This document shows, one piece after another, positions 16,590 to 24,859 of a DNA stretch of 32,000 nucleotides (the stretch's first letter is position 1; each line of letters opens with the position of its first letter). Under the pieces are notes generated by a model. The model ran no database searches and had not been told where the DNA came from. It saw only the letters and a list, made by a program, of their open reading frames with translations. Location of the stretch: assembly GCA_016840465.1 (NCBI GenBank), contig JAEOSH010000006.1, positions 46,771 to 78,770 of the forward strand. The letters are read 5' to 3'. The stretch comes from Candidatus Baldrarchaeum yapensis (GTDB taxonomy: Archaea; Asgardarchaeota; Baldrarchaeia; Baldrarchaeales; Baldrarchaeaceae). The translations under genes were made by a program, and so were the position numbers.

Positions 16590-18011
16590 ATGCAGAATCA
16601 CGCTTTTATCAATAGAGAGAAGGAACTCTCCGTTCTGCATGAGCGGTTTAAAACATCCCGTGCTGAGCTCATAGTGGTGTACGGAAGAAGACGCGTGGGG
16701 AAGACCACAATACTAAAGGAGTTCCTGAAAAGAGTAGGTGGAGTGTATTTCCTCGGCAGACAAGAATCGGAATTAGATCAGTTGCGCAGGTTTTCCTCGA
16801 TACTTGCAAGATACTTCGGAGACAAGTTCTTAGAAAAGAGTCCATTTACGAACTGGGATGGACTTTTTGAGTACCTTGCCAGCAAGGCTGAGAATCAACG
16901 AGTAGTGGTGATATTCGATGAGTTTCCGTATATGGTTTCTAGTTGCCCTAAACTGCCATCAATATTGCAGGACTTCTGGGATAACAGATTATCATATACG
17001 AAGATCTTCATAGTACTTTGCGGCTCCAGCATCGGAATGATGGAGGAGATAATCGGTGGTAAAAGCCCACTTTACGGTAGAAGAACCGGACAACTACGTA
17101 TAGGTCCCCTTAAATTCTCTGATGTCCGGAAGTTTTTTCCTAAGTACACATTTAGAGACCAAATAACTGTATATGCCGTTTTGGGCGGGACTCCCGCATA
17201 TCTCGTCCAATTTGATACTCAAAAGAATATCATGTCAAACATCGAGGAGAACGTACTAAGGACAGATGCATTCCTTTATCAGGACCCTCTCTTCGTGCTC
17301 AGGGAAGAAATAGAAGAACCGCGGTTCTATTTCTCAATACTTAAAGCAATAGCCTATGGCGCAACGCGTCTGTCAGACATAATTAATCTCACAGGCCTAG
17401 GGAAGGGATTGGTTTCAAAATATATTGCAACACTAATAGACCTAGATCTAATTAAGCGTGAAGTTCCTGTCACAGAGAAACACCCCGAAAAGTCCAGAAA
17501 GGGAATTTACAAAATAAAAGACCACTTTTTCAGATTCTGGTTCCGTTTCATATATCCTCACATGGAAGAAATTGAACTTGGCGACACAAAGTTCATAATC
17601 GACACTATAGAGCGCAACCTCCAAGAGTTCGTAGCTCCTGTGTTTGAAGAAATCTGCATGGAGGCCCTTAAGATTCTTAACTTAAAAAATAAACTGCCAA
17701 CTCGTTTTTTACAGTTCGGAAAATGGTGGAATAGAGGAGAAGAGATAGACATAGTTGCATTAGATCCTCGCACAAAATGCATGCTGGTCGCAGAATGTAA
17801 ATGGAGCACAAAACCAGTTTCTGCATCAGAACTCGGTAGGCTTGTTGAAAAAGCAGAACTTGTGGAGTGGATGAACGACACTAGGAAAACCTTCTATGCA
17901 TACTTTTCCTCGGGCGGCTTTACAAAATCAGCATATAGTGTTGCACAAGAATACAACATCTTTACATTTGATCTAGAAAAACTGGAGAAAATTTTCAGTA
18001 ATAAAGTTTAG
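16590..18011 (+). CDS. Archaeal ATPase (ATPase_2) with wHTH and C-terminal DUF234/PD-(D/E)xK nuclease-like domain
   Basis: FINREKEL, YGRRRVGKT, IFDEF, LCGSS, SPLYGRRTG, GGTPAYL, DHFFRFWFRF and EIDIVA...AECKW. Confidence 0.92.
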   Translation: MQNHAFINREKELSVLHERFKTSRAELIVVYGRRRVGKTTILKEFLKRVGGVYFLGRQESELDQLRRFSSILARYFGDKFLEKSPFTNWDGLFEYLASKAENQRVVVIFDEFPYMVSSCPKLPSILQDFWDNRLSYTKIFIVLCGSSIGMMEEIIGGKSPLYGRRTGQLRIGPLKFSDVRKFFPKYTFRDQITVYAVLGGTPAYLVQFDTQKNIMSNIEENVLRTDAFLYQDPLFVLREEIEEPRFYFSILKAIAYGATRLSDIINLTGLGKGLVSKYIATLIDLDLIKREVPVTEKHPEKSRKGIYKIKDHFFRFWFRFIYPHMEEIELGDTKFIIDTIERNLQEFVAPVFEEICMEALKILNLKNKLPTRFLQFGKWWNRGEEIDIVALDPRTKCMLVAECKWSTKPVSASELGRLVEKAELVEWMNDTRKTFYAYFSSGGFTKSAYSVAQEYNIFTFDLEKLEKIFSNKV

Positions 18012-18182
18012 AAATCCAATGGGGAAGAAATTGCCGTAGGCGGGCCCTTCCGATGTCGTAGTATGCTTAGTCGCAATGCTACTTTAAAGGAATAGGATAA
18101 AAATCATAAGTGTGATATTTCCCTAAAGTTCCATAAATCTGCACCGCATCCTACGCACCGATTCACGGAAAGAATCCCCGAA

Positions 18183-19640
18183 GTGATTCCCATGAGCGAT
18201 GAAAAGAAGAAAGAGGAGGCAAAATATCTGTTTAATGTCCCCAAATCGGACTTCTCGCGATGGTACGAGGAGATTTTAGAGAAGGCGGATATCATTGATA
18301 AGCGATACCCCGTAAAGGGAATGCTTGTATGGAAACCTTACGGGTTTAAGGCGTTGAAGCTTATGCGTAGAATAATGGAAGAGTTGCTGGATAAGTACGG
18401 TCATCAGGAAGCATACTTCCCAGCGCTAATACCCGAAGAGGTATTTGAGAAGGAGAGAGACTTCCTAGAGGGTTTCAGCGGAGAAACATTTGTCGTGGAG
18501 GGGACATTAACGAAGAAGTTAGGTCGGCGTCTGCTCCTTAGACCCACGAGTGAGACCGTGATGTATTACATGTTCAGTCAGTGGATAACCTCCCATAGGG
18601 ATCTACCCCTGAAAATCTACCAAACAGTAAACGTCTTCAGATATGAAACTGAACATACGCGTCCCATAATTAGGGTTCGCGAAATAATGAACTTCATAGA
18701 GGCGCATACCGCTCACGCAACACCAGAGGAGGCAGAGGCGCAAATAAAGGAAGGAATACAGATATATAAGAAATTCTTCGACCGCCTCTGCTTAGCATAC
18801 GTGATCTTACGAACTCCCAAGTGGGATACCTTTGCTGGCGCCGAGTACAACTACGACTTCTTCACGTTAATGCCCGACGGCCGTGCGATCGAAATGGGAT
18901 CCGTAATAAATCTTGGACAGAAGTTCGCAAAAGCCTTTGACATAAAATACATGAAGCCAGACGGAACGTACGAATACGTCTATCAGACGTGCTACGGAGT
19001 ATCCGAGAGAGCACTTGCAATAACGATCTCGATTCACGGAGATGATAGAGGAATAATATTCCCGAGCGAGATAGCACCCATACAGGTGATAATAGTCCCC
19101 GTTATATTCAAGGGAGAGCAAGAGGACGTTATGAAAAAGTGCTTAAGGTTGCGCGATGAACTAAGTAAGCACTTCCGAGTTGAGGTGGATTTGTCCGAAA
19201 AGACTCCGGGCTATAAGTATTACTACTGGGAAATGAAGGGAGTACCTGTCAGACTGGAAATAGGCCCTAGAGAAGTCAAAAACTATGAAGTGACGGTCGT
19301 CAGAAGAGATACAGGAGAGAAAAGAAGAGTACCCGATAGCGCGCTGGTAGAGGAAATAAAAAGGACCTTGGAGGACATAGACAGAAATCTGCGTAAAAAA
19401 GCGGAAGAATTTCTAATGAGTAGTATACGTGAAGTTTCATCACTCGAAGAGGTGCTGGCGCATATGAACGGAACACTAATAAAGGTACCATGGTGTGGTG
19501 ACGATGACTGCGGGATGAAAATAGAGGAGCGCACGGGACTTAAGGCGTTGGGTTACGATCCCGAGGAGGAATGCAAAAGAGACTGCGTGATTTGTCGAAG
19601 ACCGGGAAAGTACTACCTGTGGATTGGAAACAAATATTAA
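18183..19640 (+). CDS. proS: Proline--tRNA ligase, archaeal/eukaryotic type; likely start ATG 18192
   Basis: FSRWYEEIL, YPVKG, LRPTSET, FRYET, EAHTAH, QTCYGVSER, APIQV, GVPVRLEIGPRE and a C-terminal CVIC. Confidence 0.97.
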   Translation: MIPMSDEKKKEEAKYLFNVPKSDFSRWYEEILEKADIIDKRYPVKGMLVWKPYGFKALKLMRRIMEELLDKYGHQEAYFPALIPEEVFEKERDFLEGFSGETFVVEGTLTKKLGRRLLLRPTSETVMYYMFSQWITSHRDLPLKIYQTVNVFRYETEHTRPIIRVREIMNFIEAHTAHATPEEAEAQIKEGIQIYKKFFDRLCLAYVILRTPKWDTFAGAEYNYDFFTLMPDGRAIEMGSVINLGQKFAKAFDIKYMKPDGTYEYVYQTCYGVSERALAITISIHGDDRGIIFPSEIAPIQVIIVPVIFKGEQEDVMKKCLRLRDELSKHFRVEVDLSEKTPGYKYYYWEMKGVPVRLEIGPREVKNYEVTVVRRDTGEKRRVPDSALVEEIKRTLEDIDRNLRKKAEEFLMSSIREVSSLEEVLAHMNGTLIKVPWCGDDDCGMKIEERTGLKALGYDPEEECKRDCVICRRPGKYYLWIGNKY

Positions 19641-19995
19641 CGCTAGTCCGTTGCTACCTGCATTAAGCATTACTTTTATGGGGCCACGATCACTGCCAGA
19701 ATTATTGGATCCAGCAATTCATAAAATACATCAACTGGCACATTTCCACGCAAGACATACCGTTACGTAAGGTCTCCACCTTATCGCCCTAGTATTTCCT
19801 ACCATATGTCAATTGGAGCACCTCGGAATCGCTACCAGTTCGTAAATAGTTTCAAAACCTCATAAAAGTATATAAACCCATTAGGGAAGTGGGATCTATC
19901 GGTAAACCCGTAAATCACAGGTTGTTCCGACAGATACACTTCCCTGACATATTCGAGTATTAGTCCACACTTAAGCGTTCAGGGTTGATGCACCT

Positions 19996-20745
19996 ATGGA
20001 AAGGGTTTCCTGCGGGATTAAAGAAATAGACGAAATATTGGGTGGCGGTTTCCCCCGTGGCTCCCTAATCTTATTATTAGGCGACCCAGGCGCGGGCAAA
20101 TTTGCCTTTTGCAACGCTTTTATTGCTGATGGTATAAAGAGGAGGGAACCCTGCCTATACGTGACCACTGAGCCTCCTGAGGTCATAAGGTCGGCACTCG
20201 AAGAACTTGGCATAAATACCTACCAATCAGAAAGTGACGGAATTTTTCGCATAGTCGATTGCCATTCTTGGCTCATGAAGGAGTGGATCCCCGGGGTACT
20301 AGAAAGAGAAAAATACGCAATAGACGAGTTCACGTTGCCAAAAATAGATTACCAAGTATGGAAAGCAAGAAAGGAAATAGGATCCGGCGGTAGAACGGCC
20401 TTTTACTCCCTTACCGACCTTTTCATACATATAGGTGACCGCAGGGCAATAGTTGAATTGATAAAGAGCCTGAGAGCTAGAACCAGAGAATTGAAGACAA
20501 CCATGCTTGCAGACCTAGACCTAAAAACTCAGGAAAGTTCATGGACGCGTGCATTGATGCACGTATGTGATGGTATTATACTTTTTAGGACACTGGAGTT
20601 CGAAGACAAGTTCCTACGGACATTCAGAGTAATAAAAATGCCGCATGAACATGATTCGCACCTTTATTGCTTCGATCTCAGGGGGCAAAAGATACTGAAC
20701 ATTAGGAGGTATAGCGGAGCTCTCCCTCAAATCGAACTGCCATGA
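19996..20745 (+). CDS. RAD55/KaiC-like single-domain protein with degenerate Walker motifs
   Basis: SCGIKEIDEILGGGFPRGS and GDPGAGKF (T/S replaced by F). AFYSLTDL replaces xxIDSL. Also CDGIILF and RVIKM. Confidence 0.85.
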   Translation: MERVSCGIKEIDEILGGGFPRGSLILLLGDPGAGKFAFCNAFIADGIKRREPCLYVTTEPPEVIRSALEELGINTYQSESDGIFRIVDCHSWLMKEWIPGVLEREKYAIDEFTLPKIDYQVWKARKEIGSGGRTAFYSLTDLFIHIGDRRAIVELIKSLRARTRELKTTMLADLDLKTQESSWTRALMHVCDGIILFRTLEFEDKFLRTFRVIKMPHEHDSHLYCFDLRGQKILNIRRYSGALPQIELP

Positions 20746-22170
20746 TTAACTGATCCTCTTCAACTCTATGACCACATGATCCTCCTTTTCAGATAAGTTT
20801 ACACCGTAAAGTGGTGTGTATGGTTTTTCACCCATTACGAACATTCGACCGTATTTTACCATGACCTTCACTATTACATCTGCCAACCTCTTAATCTCCT
20901 CGGAATGCTCGGTGCCTGTTGCAAGTGTTGTCAATAATACATTGTTAGTATCCCTAATCATGTTCACAACCTCTAAGAAGACTCTTCGCGCCCCCTCATC
21001 GCCTAAGATCTCGGCGAGGCAGTTAAAACTCATAACAACTACTGTGAGTCCTCCTGTGATCGATTTGAGTTCGTCAACGTTCTTTAATACGGTCTCAAAG
21101 AACGTCCATGAAATCCTAGTCTCCACGCTCTCTCGTTTCGGCTTAATAACGCGCACTCGATCGTAATATTCATCAGGAACGCCATACGGCTTAAAAAGAT
21201 TCCTTATATCCTCTAACACGAGTCTATGTGATGAGAAAAGTACAGCAGTCCTCTTCTTAAGAGCCTCCACTATCAGCGGAATTATCAGTATTTCACAAAC
21301 TTCTTCCTCATATTCCGAGTCAATCTCCAATAGAATTACTCTTCTCTCCTCAAAGTTTCTCAAAAATCTCACGGGTGAAGGCTCCTCTCCATCCCTCAAA
21401 ATGATTTTGCGATTCCGCCATAGTACTATCTTCTTATCGCCAAATGTTGAATCAAAGCAGAAGAATCTCCCCTTATGTAGTGTGAATGGATACACGGGGC
21501 TGCTGACTTCCACACCGCGCAACTTCTTAATAACCAACTCCCGAAAAATTCTACCATTTACGTTAACATTCCTTAACTCCACCACCCCGTCTGCAACAAA
21601 GTCAAGAACATTAATGTCTCCTCGTTCCGAAACCATAAGGGTCTTCACCTTAAGTCTGCGCGCAAAGTCTGCAATCGTATTAGCGAGATCGCCATAATCT
21701 GCCTTAAGAGCATTATGTAATGCGTCAAAACTGTCTATGACCAACATAACATTGCCTTGGCTCTTCAACTCTTCAACTCTAGAATACGTGTACTTTAGGA
21801 ATTCCGGAACACTCGCGTACCTTAAAGCTTCTCCAATTCCCGTCGGCATCGCAAGCATAGACTTTGTCGTATCGACAAGGTTCTCCGGGGGTATGAACTC
21901 TCGTATCCATGGGTGTTGTCCGTAAATAGACTCAGGATCAACCCTTGCGGCGAAGTAAATTCCGCAACCGGGCTTCGCAATCTCGCGTATACATTCGAAG
22001 CTGAAAATGGTCTTTCCGGTACCAGCATCACCCTTTACGGCAAGCACGTAGTTACCGTCTTTTGAGAAAAATTCCTCTATCTCTGGCGGTATCCTGTACA
22101 ACACGCTTAATCCTTGCTCCATTCCAATGCACCCTCTCGATAACTTCCGAAAGCTACTTGTATAAGTCAA
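20746..22170 (-). CDS. Second GvpD-type KaiC/RecA-superfamily ATPase; likely start ATG 22122
   Basis: IPPEIEEFF, GDAGTGKT, LVIDSFDA, LDFVADGVVEL and RELVIKKLRG. Clearly paralogous to 7094-8485. Confidence 0.85.
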   Translation of the reverse strand: MTYTSSFRKLSRGCIGMEQGLSVLYRIPPEIEEFFSKDGNYVLAVKGDAGTGKTIFSFECIREIAKPGCGIYFAARVDPESIYGQHPWIREFIPPENLVDTTKSMLAMPTGIGEALRYASVPEFLKYTYSRVEELKSQGNVMLVIDSFDALHNALKADYGDLANTIADFARRLKVKTLMVSERGDINVLDFVADGVVELRNVNVNGRIFRELVIKKLRGVEVSSPVYPFTLHKGRFFCFDSTFGDKKIVLWRNRKIILRDGEEPSPVRFLRNFEERRVILLEIDSEYEEEVCEILIIPLIVEALKKRTAVLFSSHRLVLEDIRNLFKPYGVPDEYYDRVRVIKPKRESVETRISWTFFETVLKNVDELKSITGGLTVVVMSFNCLAEILGDEGARRVFLEVVNMIRDTNNVLLTTLATGTEHSEEIKRLADVIVKVMVKYGRMFVMGEKPYTPLYGVNLSEKEDHVVIELKRIS

Positions 22171-22430
22171 TGCTTGATCCTTTTTAAAGTTCTTTTTGTG
22201 TCAATTATCGGTATCGAAACATACAACTATTAATTCCATTTCGAAGCATAATTGTGCTAATTACTGCCTAACGATGACATTTTATGTACAGAAATATTAT
22301 CAATAATCCAGTAATCCAAAGTCCAATAATCGAAATCATTGCTATTACTATAACTATAGCACACGTATCTGTTCACATTTTCGTCGCATAATATTCGTCA
22401 TAAATTTGAAACCTTCTTACCCTCTCACTG

Positions 22431-22787
22431 TTGGGTTTTTATTTTCTGCTGAGGATATATTTTATGGTGAAAACTTTGGAAAGTGTGTTTGTGAAAGCGC
22501 TATCAATCATCAGAAAAAACAAGGTAAGAATATTATCAAAGACGGAGTTTAGAGTGCTGGCGGAAGTGGAAGGAGAACATGACACGTATAGCGTGATAAT
22601 ATATAGAGACGGAAGATGGAGTTGTACGTGTAATTTCGGCGTATTTTCAAAGGAGGATGAGTGTTCACACGCGCTTGCAACAAAACTCATTGTGGGTTTC
22701 CCAATTATCAGAAAGTTGCCCATAATTCCAGAGTTGGGAATATTCGGTACGTGCGCTCTTGTTCAAATAAAGGAAAACTCCACATGA
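22431..22787 (+). CDS. SWIM zinc-finger protein; likely start ATG 22464
   Basis: YSVII...WSCTC...ECSHALA gives CxC-x(n)-CxH. Confidence 0.8.
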   Translation: MGFYFLLRIYFMVKTLESVFVKALSIIRKNKVRILSKTEFRVLAEVEGEHDTYSVIIYRDGRWSCTCNFGVFSKEDECSHALATKLIVGFPIIRKLPIIPELGIFGTCALVQIKENST

Positions 22788-23321
22788 CTACCAACATCCC
22801 TCGGGTTCTCCCGTTAGTGGAACACAAATGTATATTGTGTGCATGTTGATCTTCTTAGTAATGGCGCCAAACTTCTTTGCAATCCTGAGTGCGGAGAAAT
22901 TATGAGCAAATATCGTCGCATAACCCCACTTCACGCCCCTAGAAACTCCTAACTCTCTCAGCACAAACATTAACGCGGTTCCTATCTTCCTACGACGCCA
23001 CTCCGGTTTCACAATCACCGCAACTTCGGCCTTCTGCTTCTTTCCATCTATATAAACAGCCTCGCCCAGTCCCACGATTTGACCTTTGATCTCTGCAATG
23101 ATACACACTCCTGTTTCCGGATTTGTTGTCTTTGAAACGATAGGCTCAAAGTTGCGAGTTATATGCAGAAATCTGCTATAAATCGTATCTCGATCCAGAC
23201 TTTTGTAAAAATCAAGTACGCGATCCTTATCCTCAGAACCCCTTGCCTCCCTTAGCACAACCTCCGTATTATCCGCAAGTCTCAAAACCCAATAATTATC
23301 CCGTTTCTCTATAGCCAGCAT
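22788..23321 (-). CDS. Stand-alone GNAT acetyltransferase, Pat-like
   Basis: REARGSEDKDRVLDFYKSLDRDTIYSRF, AEVAVIVKPEWRRRKIGT and FAHNFSALRIAKKFG. Confidence 0.82.
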   Translation of the reverse strand: MLAIEKRDNYWVLRLADNTEVVLREARGSEDKDRVLDFYKSLDRDTIYSRFLHITRNFEPIVSKTTNPETGVCIIAEIKGQIVGLGEAVYIDGKKQKAEVAVIVKPEWRRRKIGTALMFVLRELGVSRGVKWGYATIFAHNFSALRIAKKFGAITKKINMHTIYICVPLTGEPEGCW

Positions 23322-23356
23322 AGGAAAAGAAATTACCTTAGACCTTATAAGAGTTG

Positions 23357-23818
23357 CTACTCACCTCTATTACTCAAATCCTCTAACTCTCTTCTCCTCT
23401 TTGGCCTCCAGATTCTATCATTGTCAATGATATGCAGAACCTCCCATCCTCTCTCCTCAAGCGCCATGCTTATAAACCTTCTATGACACCTCCAAGGAAA
23501 CCTCTCCGCACACATTATCGCTGCTACCTCTTTTTTGGCAATCCTCTCAAGTTCCTCCAGCCCCGAGAGAAACTCCTCGGTTTTCATAAAGCTTCGATAA
23601 CCTCCCGATCTAAATCCGCCAAGCTTGTCACCGAGATAAAAGTATTTAATTCCATGCTCGCAAAGAATTTCCTGCAGTCTTTCCCTCTTAAAATGCTCAT
23701 GTTTGCTTGTCGGAAATCTACGAACATCTATCACGGCCCTTATACCAAACTCTTTAAGTAGCTTTACAAATTCATCTGCACTCCTATTACTATGCCCTAT
23801 CGTGAAAATCCTCCTCAA
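23357..23818 (-). CDS. DUF488 family protein
   Basis: IFTIGHSNRS, IDVRRFPTS, LGG, IMCAE and WRCHRRFIS. Confidence 0.88.
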   Translation of the reverse strand: MRRIFTIGHSNRSADEFVKLLKEFGIRAVIDVRRFPTSKHEHFKRERLQEILCEHGIKYFYLGDKLGGFRSGGYRSFMKTEEFLSGLEELERIAKKEVAAIMCAERFPWRCHRRFISMALEERGWEVLHIIDNDRIWRPKRRRELEDLSNRGE

Positions 23819-23874
23819 TACTCAGCACCAGAAAAACTTCTTCAGCAAATTTATATTCGCGTTGACTTTTATAC

Positions 23875-24849
23875 GTGCCTGAGCAATGGAGGCGCGCGAA
23901 AATGGCGCATGTTGCAATCATAGGAGCAGGCCGTGTCGGTCAAGCACTCGCGTACACCCTGATGTTCGAACCTTATGTCTCAGAGTTATCTCTTGTCGAC
24001 ATAGCTCCCCGAGTTGCTAAAATGGCTATGGAAGAACTATATCACGGCTTGTCTGCACACAACTTGGATGTTGAAATACGGGCCTACGAGAGTTCAAAGT
24101 TTGTGGAAGACGCTGATCTGATAATAATCTCCGCCGGATATCCGAGAAAACCCGGAATGAGCAGAAGGGATCTGGCCGATGAAAATGCGAAAATAATAAA
24201 AGAGATCATGGAAAACACGCTCGACAACAACCCACGGGCATGGTACTTCGTAATAACAAACCCCGTCGACGCCCTGACAACTCTCGCATACAAAATATCC
24301 GAGGGAAAGAGGAAAATTATAGGGACGGGAACAAACCTTGAAACAGCTAGGTTTAGAACAATACTCTCGAGGCACCTGGAAGTTCCGCTTAAAAGTATCG
24401 AAGGATACGTTGGCGGAGAACATGGAGAAGCCGCCGTCCTCTTATGGAGCACCGTAAAGGTAAATGGCGCACCACTAGACGAGTACCTAAAGGAAACAGG
24501 GATCAGCATTGATAAGGTCGCCATCGAAAAGTATGTGAAAGGTATAAGCATGGAGGTCATAAAGGTGCTCGGCGGAACAAGATGGGGACCCGCCGGATCC
24601 TTTCTCGAAATAATACGCGGAATAATGCTAAATACCGGAAGAATAATCAGTTTTGCACTACCTAGAAAGTTTAATGAGATCCCAGAACCCGTTTACGTTA
24701 CAGTACCTGGAAAAATAGGAAGATCTCTAGGACCCGACCTGTGGAACATTCTGACGGAGGAGGAGAGGGATGGAATAAAAAAGGCGGCAGTTGAAATCTA
24801 TAAGACTTATCTGAGGGCTCTTAAAGTCACGGGGCTCTGCGAAAAATAA
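23875..24849 (+). CDS. mdh: LDH-like malate dehydrogenase; likely start ATG 23902
   Basis: IIGAGRVG, AGYPRKPGMSRRDL (Arg at the specificity position 102), ITNPVD and GEHG. Confidence 0.88.
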   Translation: MPEQWRRAKMAHVAIIGAGRVGQALAYTLMFEPYVSELSLVDIAPRVAKMAMEELYHGLSAHNLDVEIRAYESSKFVEDADLIIISAGYPRKPGMSRRDLADENAKIIKEIMENTLDNNPRAWYFVITNPVDALTTLAYKISEGKRKIIGTGTNLETARFRTILSRHLEVPLKSIEGYVGGEHGEAAVLLWSTVKVNGAPLDEYLKETGISIDKVAIEKYVKGISMEVIKVLGGTRWGPAGSFLEIIRGIMLNTGRIISFALPRKFNEIPEPVYVTVPGKIGRSLGPDLWNILTEEERDGIKKAAVEIYKTYLRALKVTGLCEK

Positions 24850-24859
24850 TAGTTGTTTG

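Noticed and set aside
19641-19995. Protein-like fragments on the minus strand (e.g. YVLRGNVPVDVFYELLDPIILAVIVAP)
   Set aside because: Several stops and no recognisable family. It could be a decayed gene, but this cannot be supported without a search.
7094-22170. Gas-vesicle or circadian-clock gene cluster suggested by GvpD/KaiC homologues
   Set aside because: No gvpA/C/N/F/L or kaiA/kaiB genes are present. These ATPase families are common in archaea without either system.
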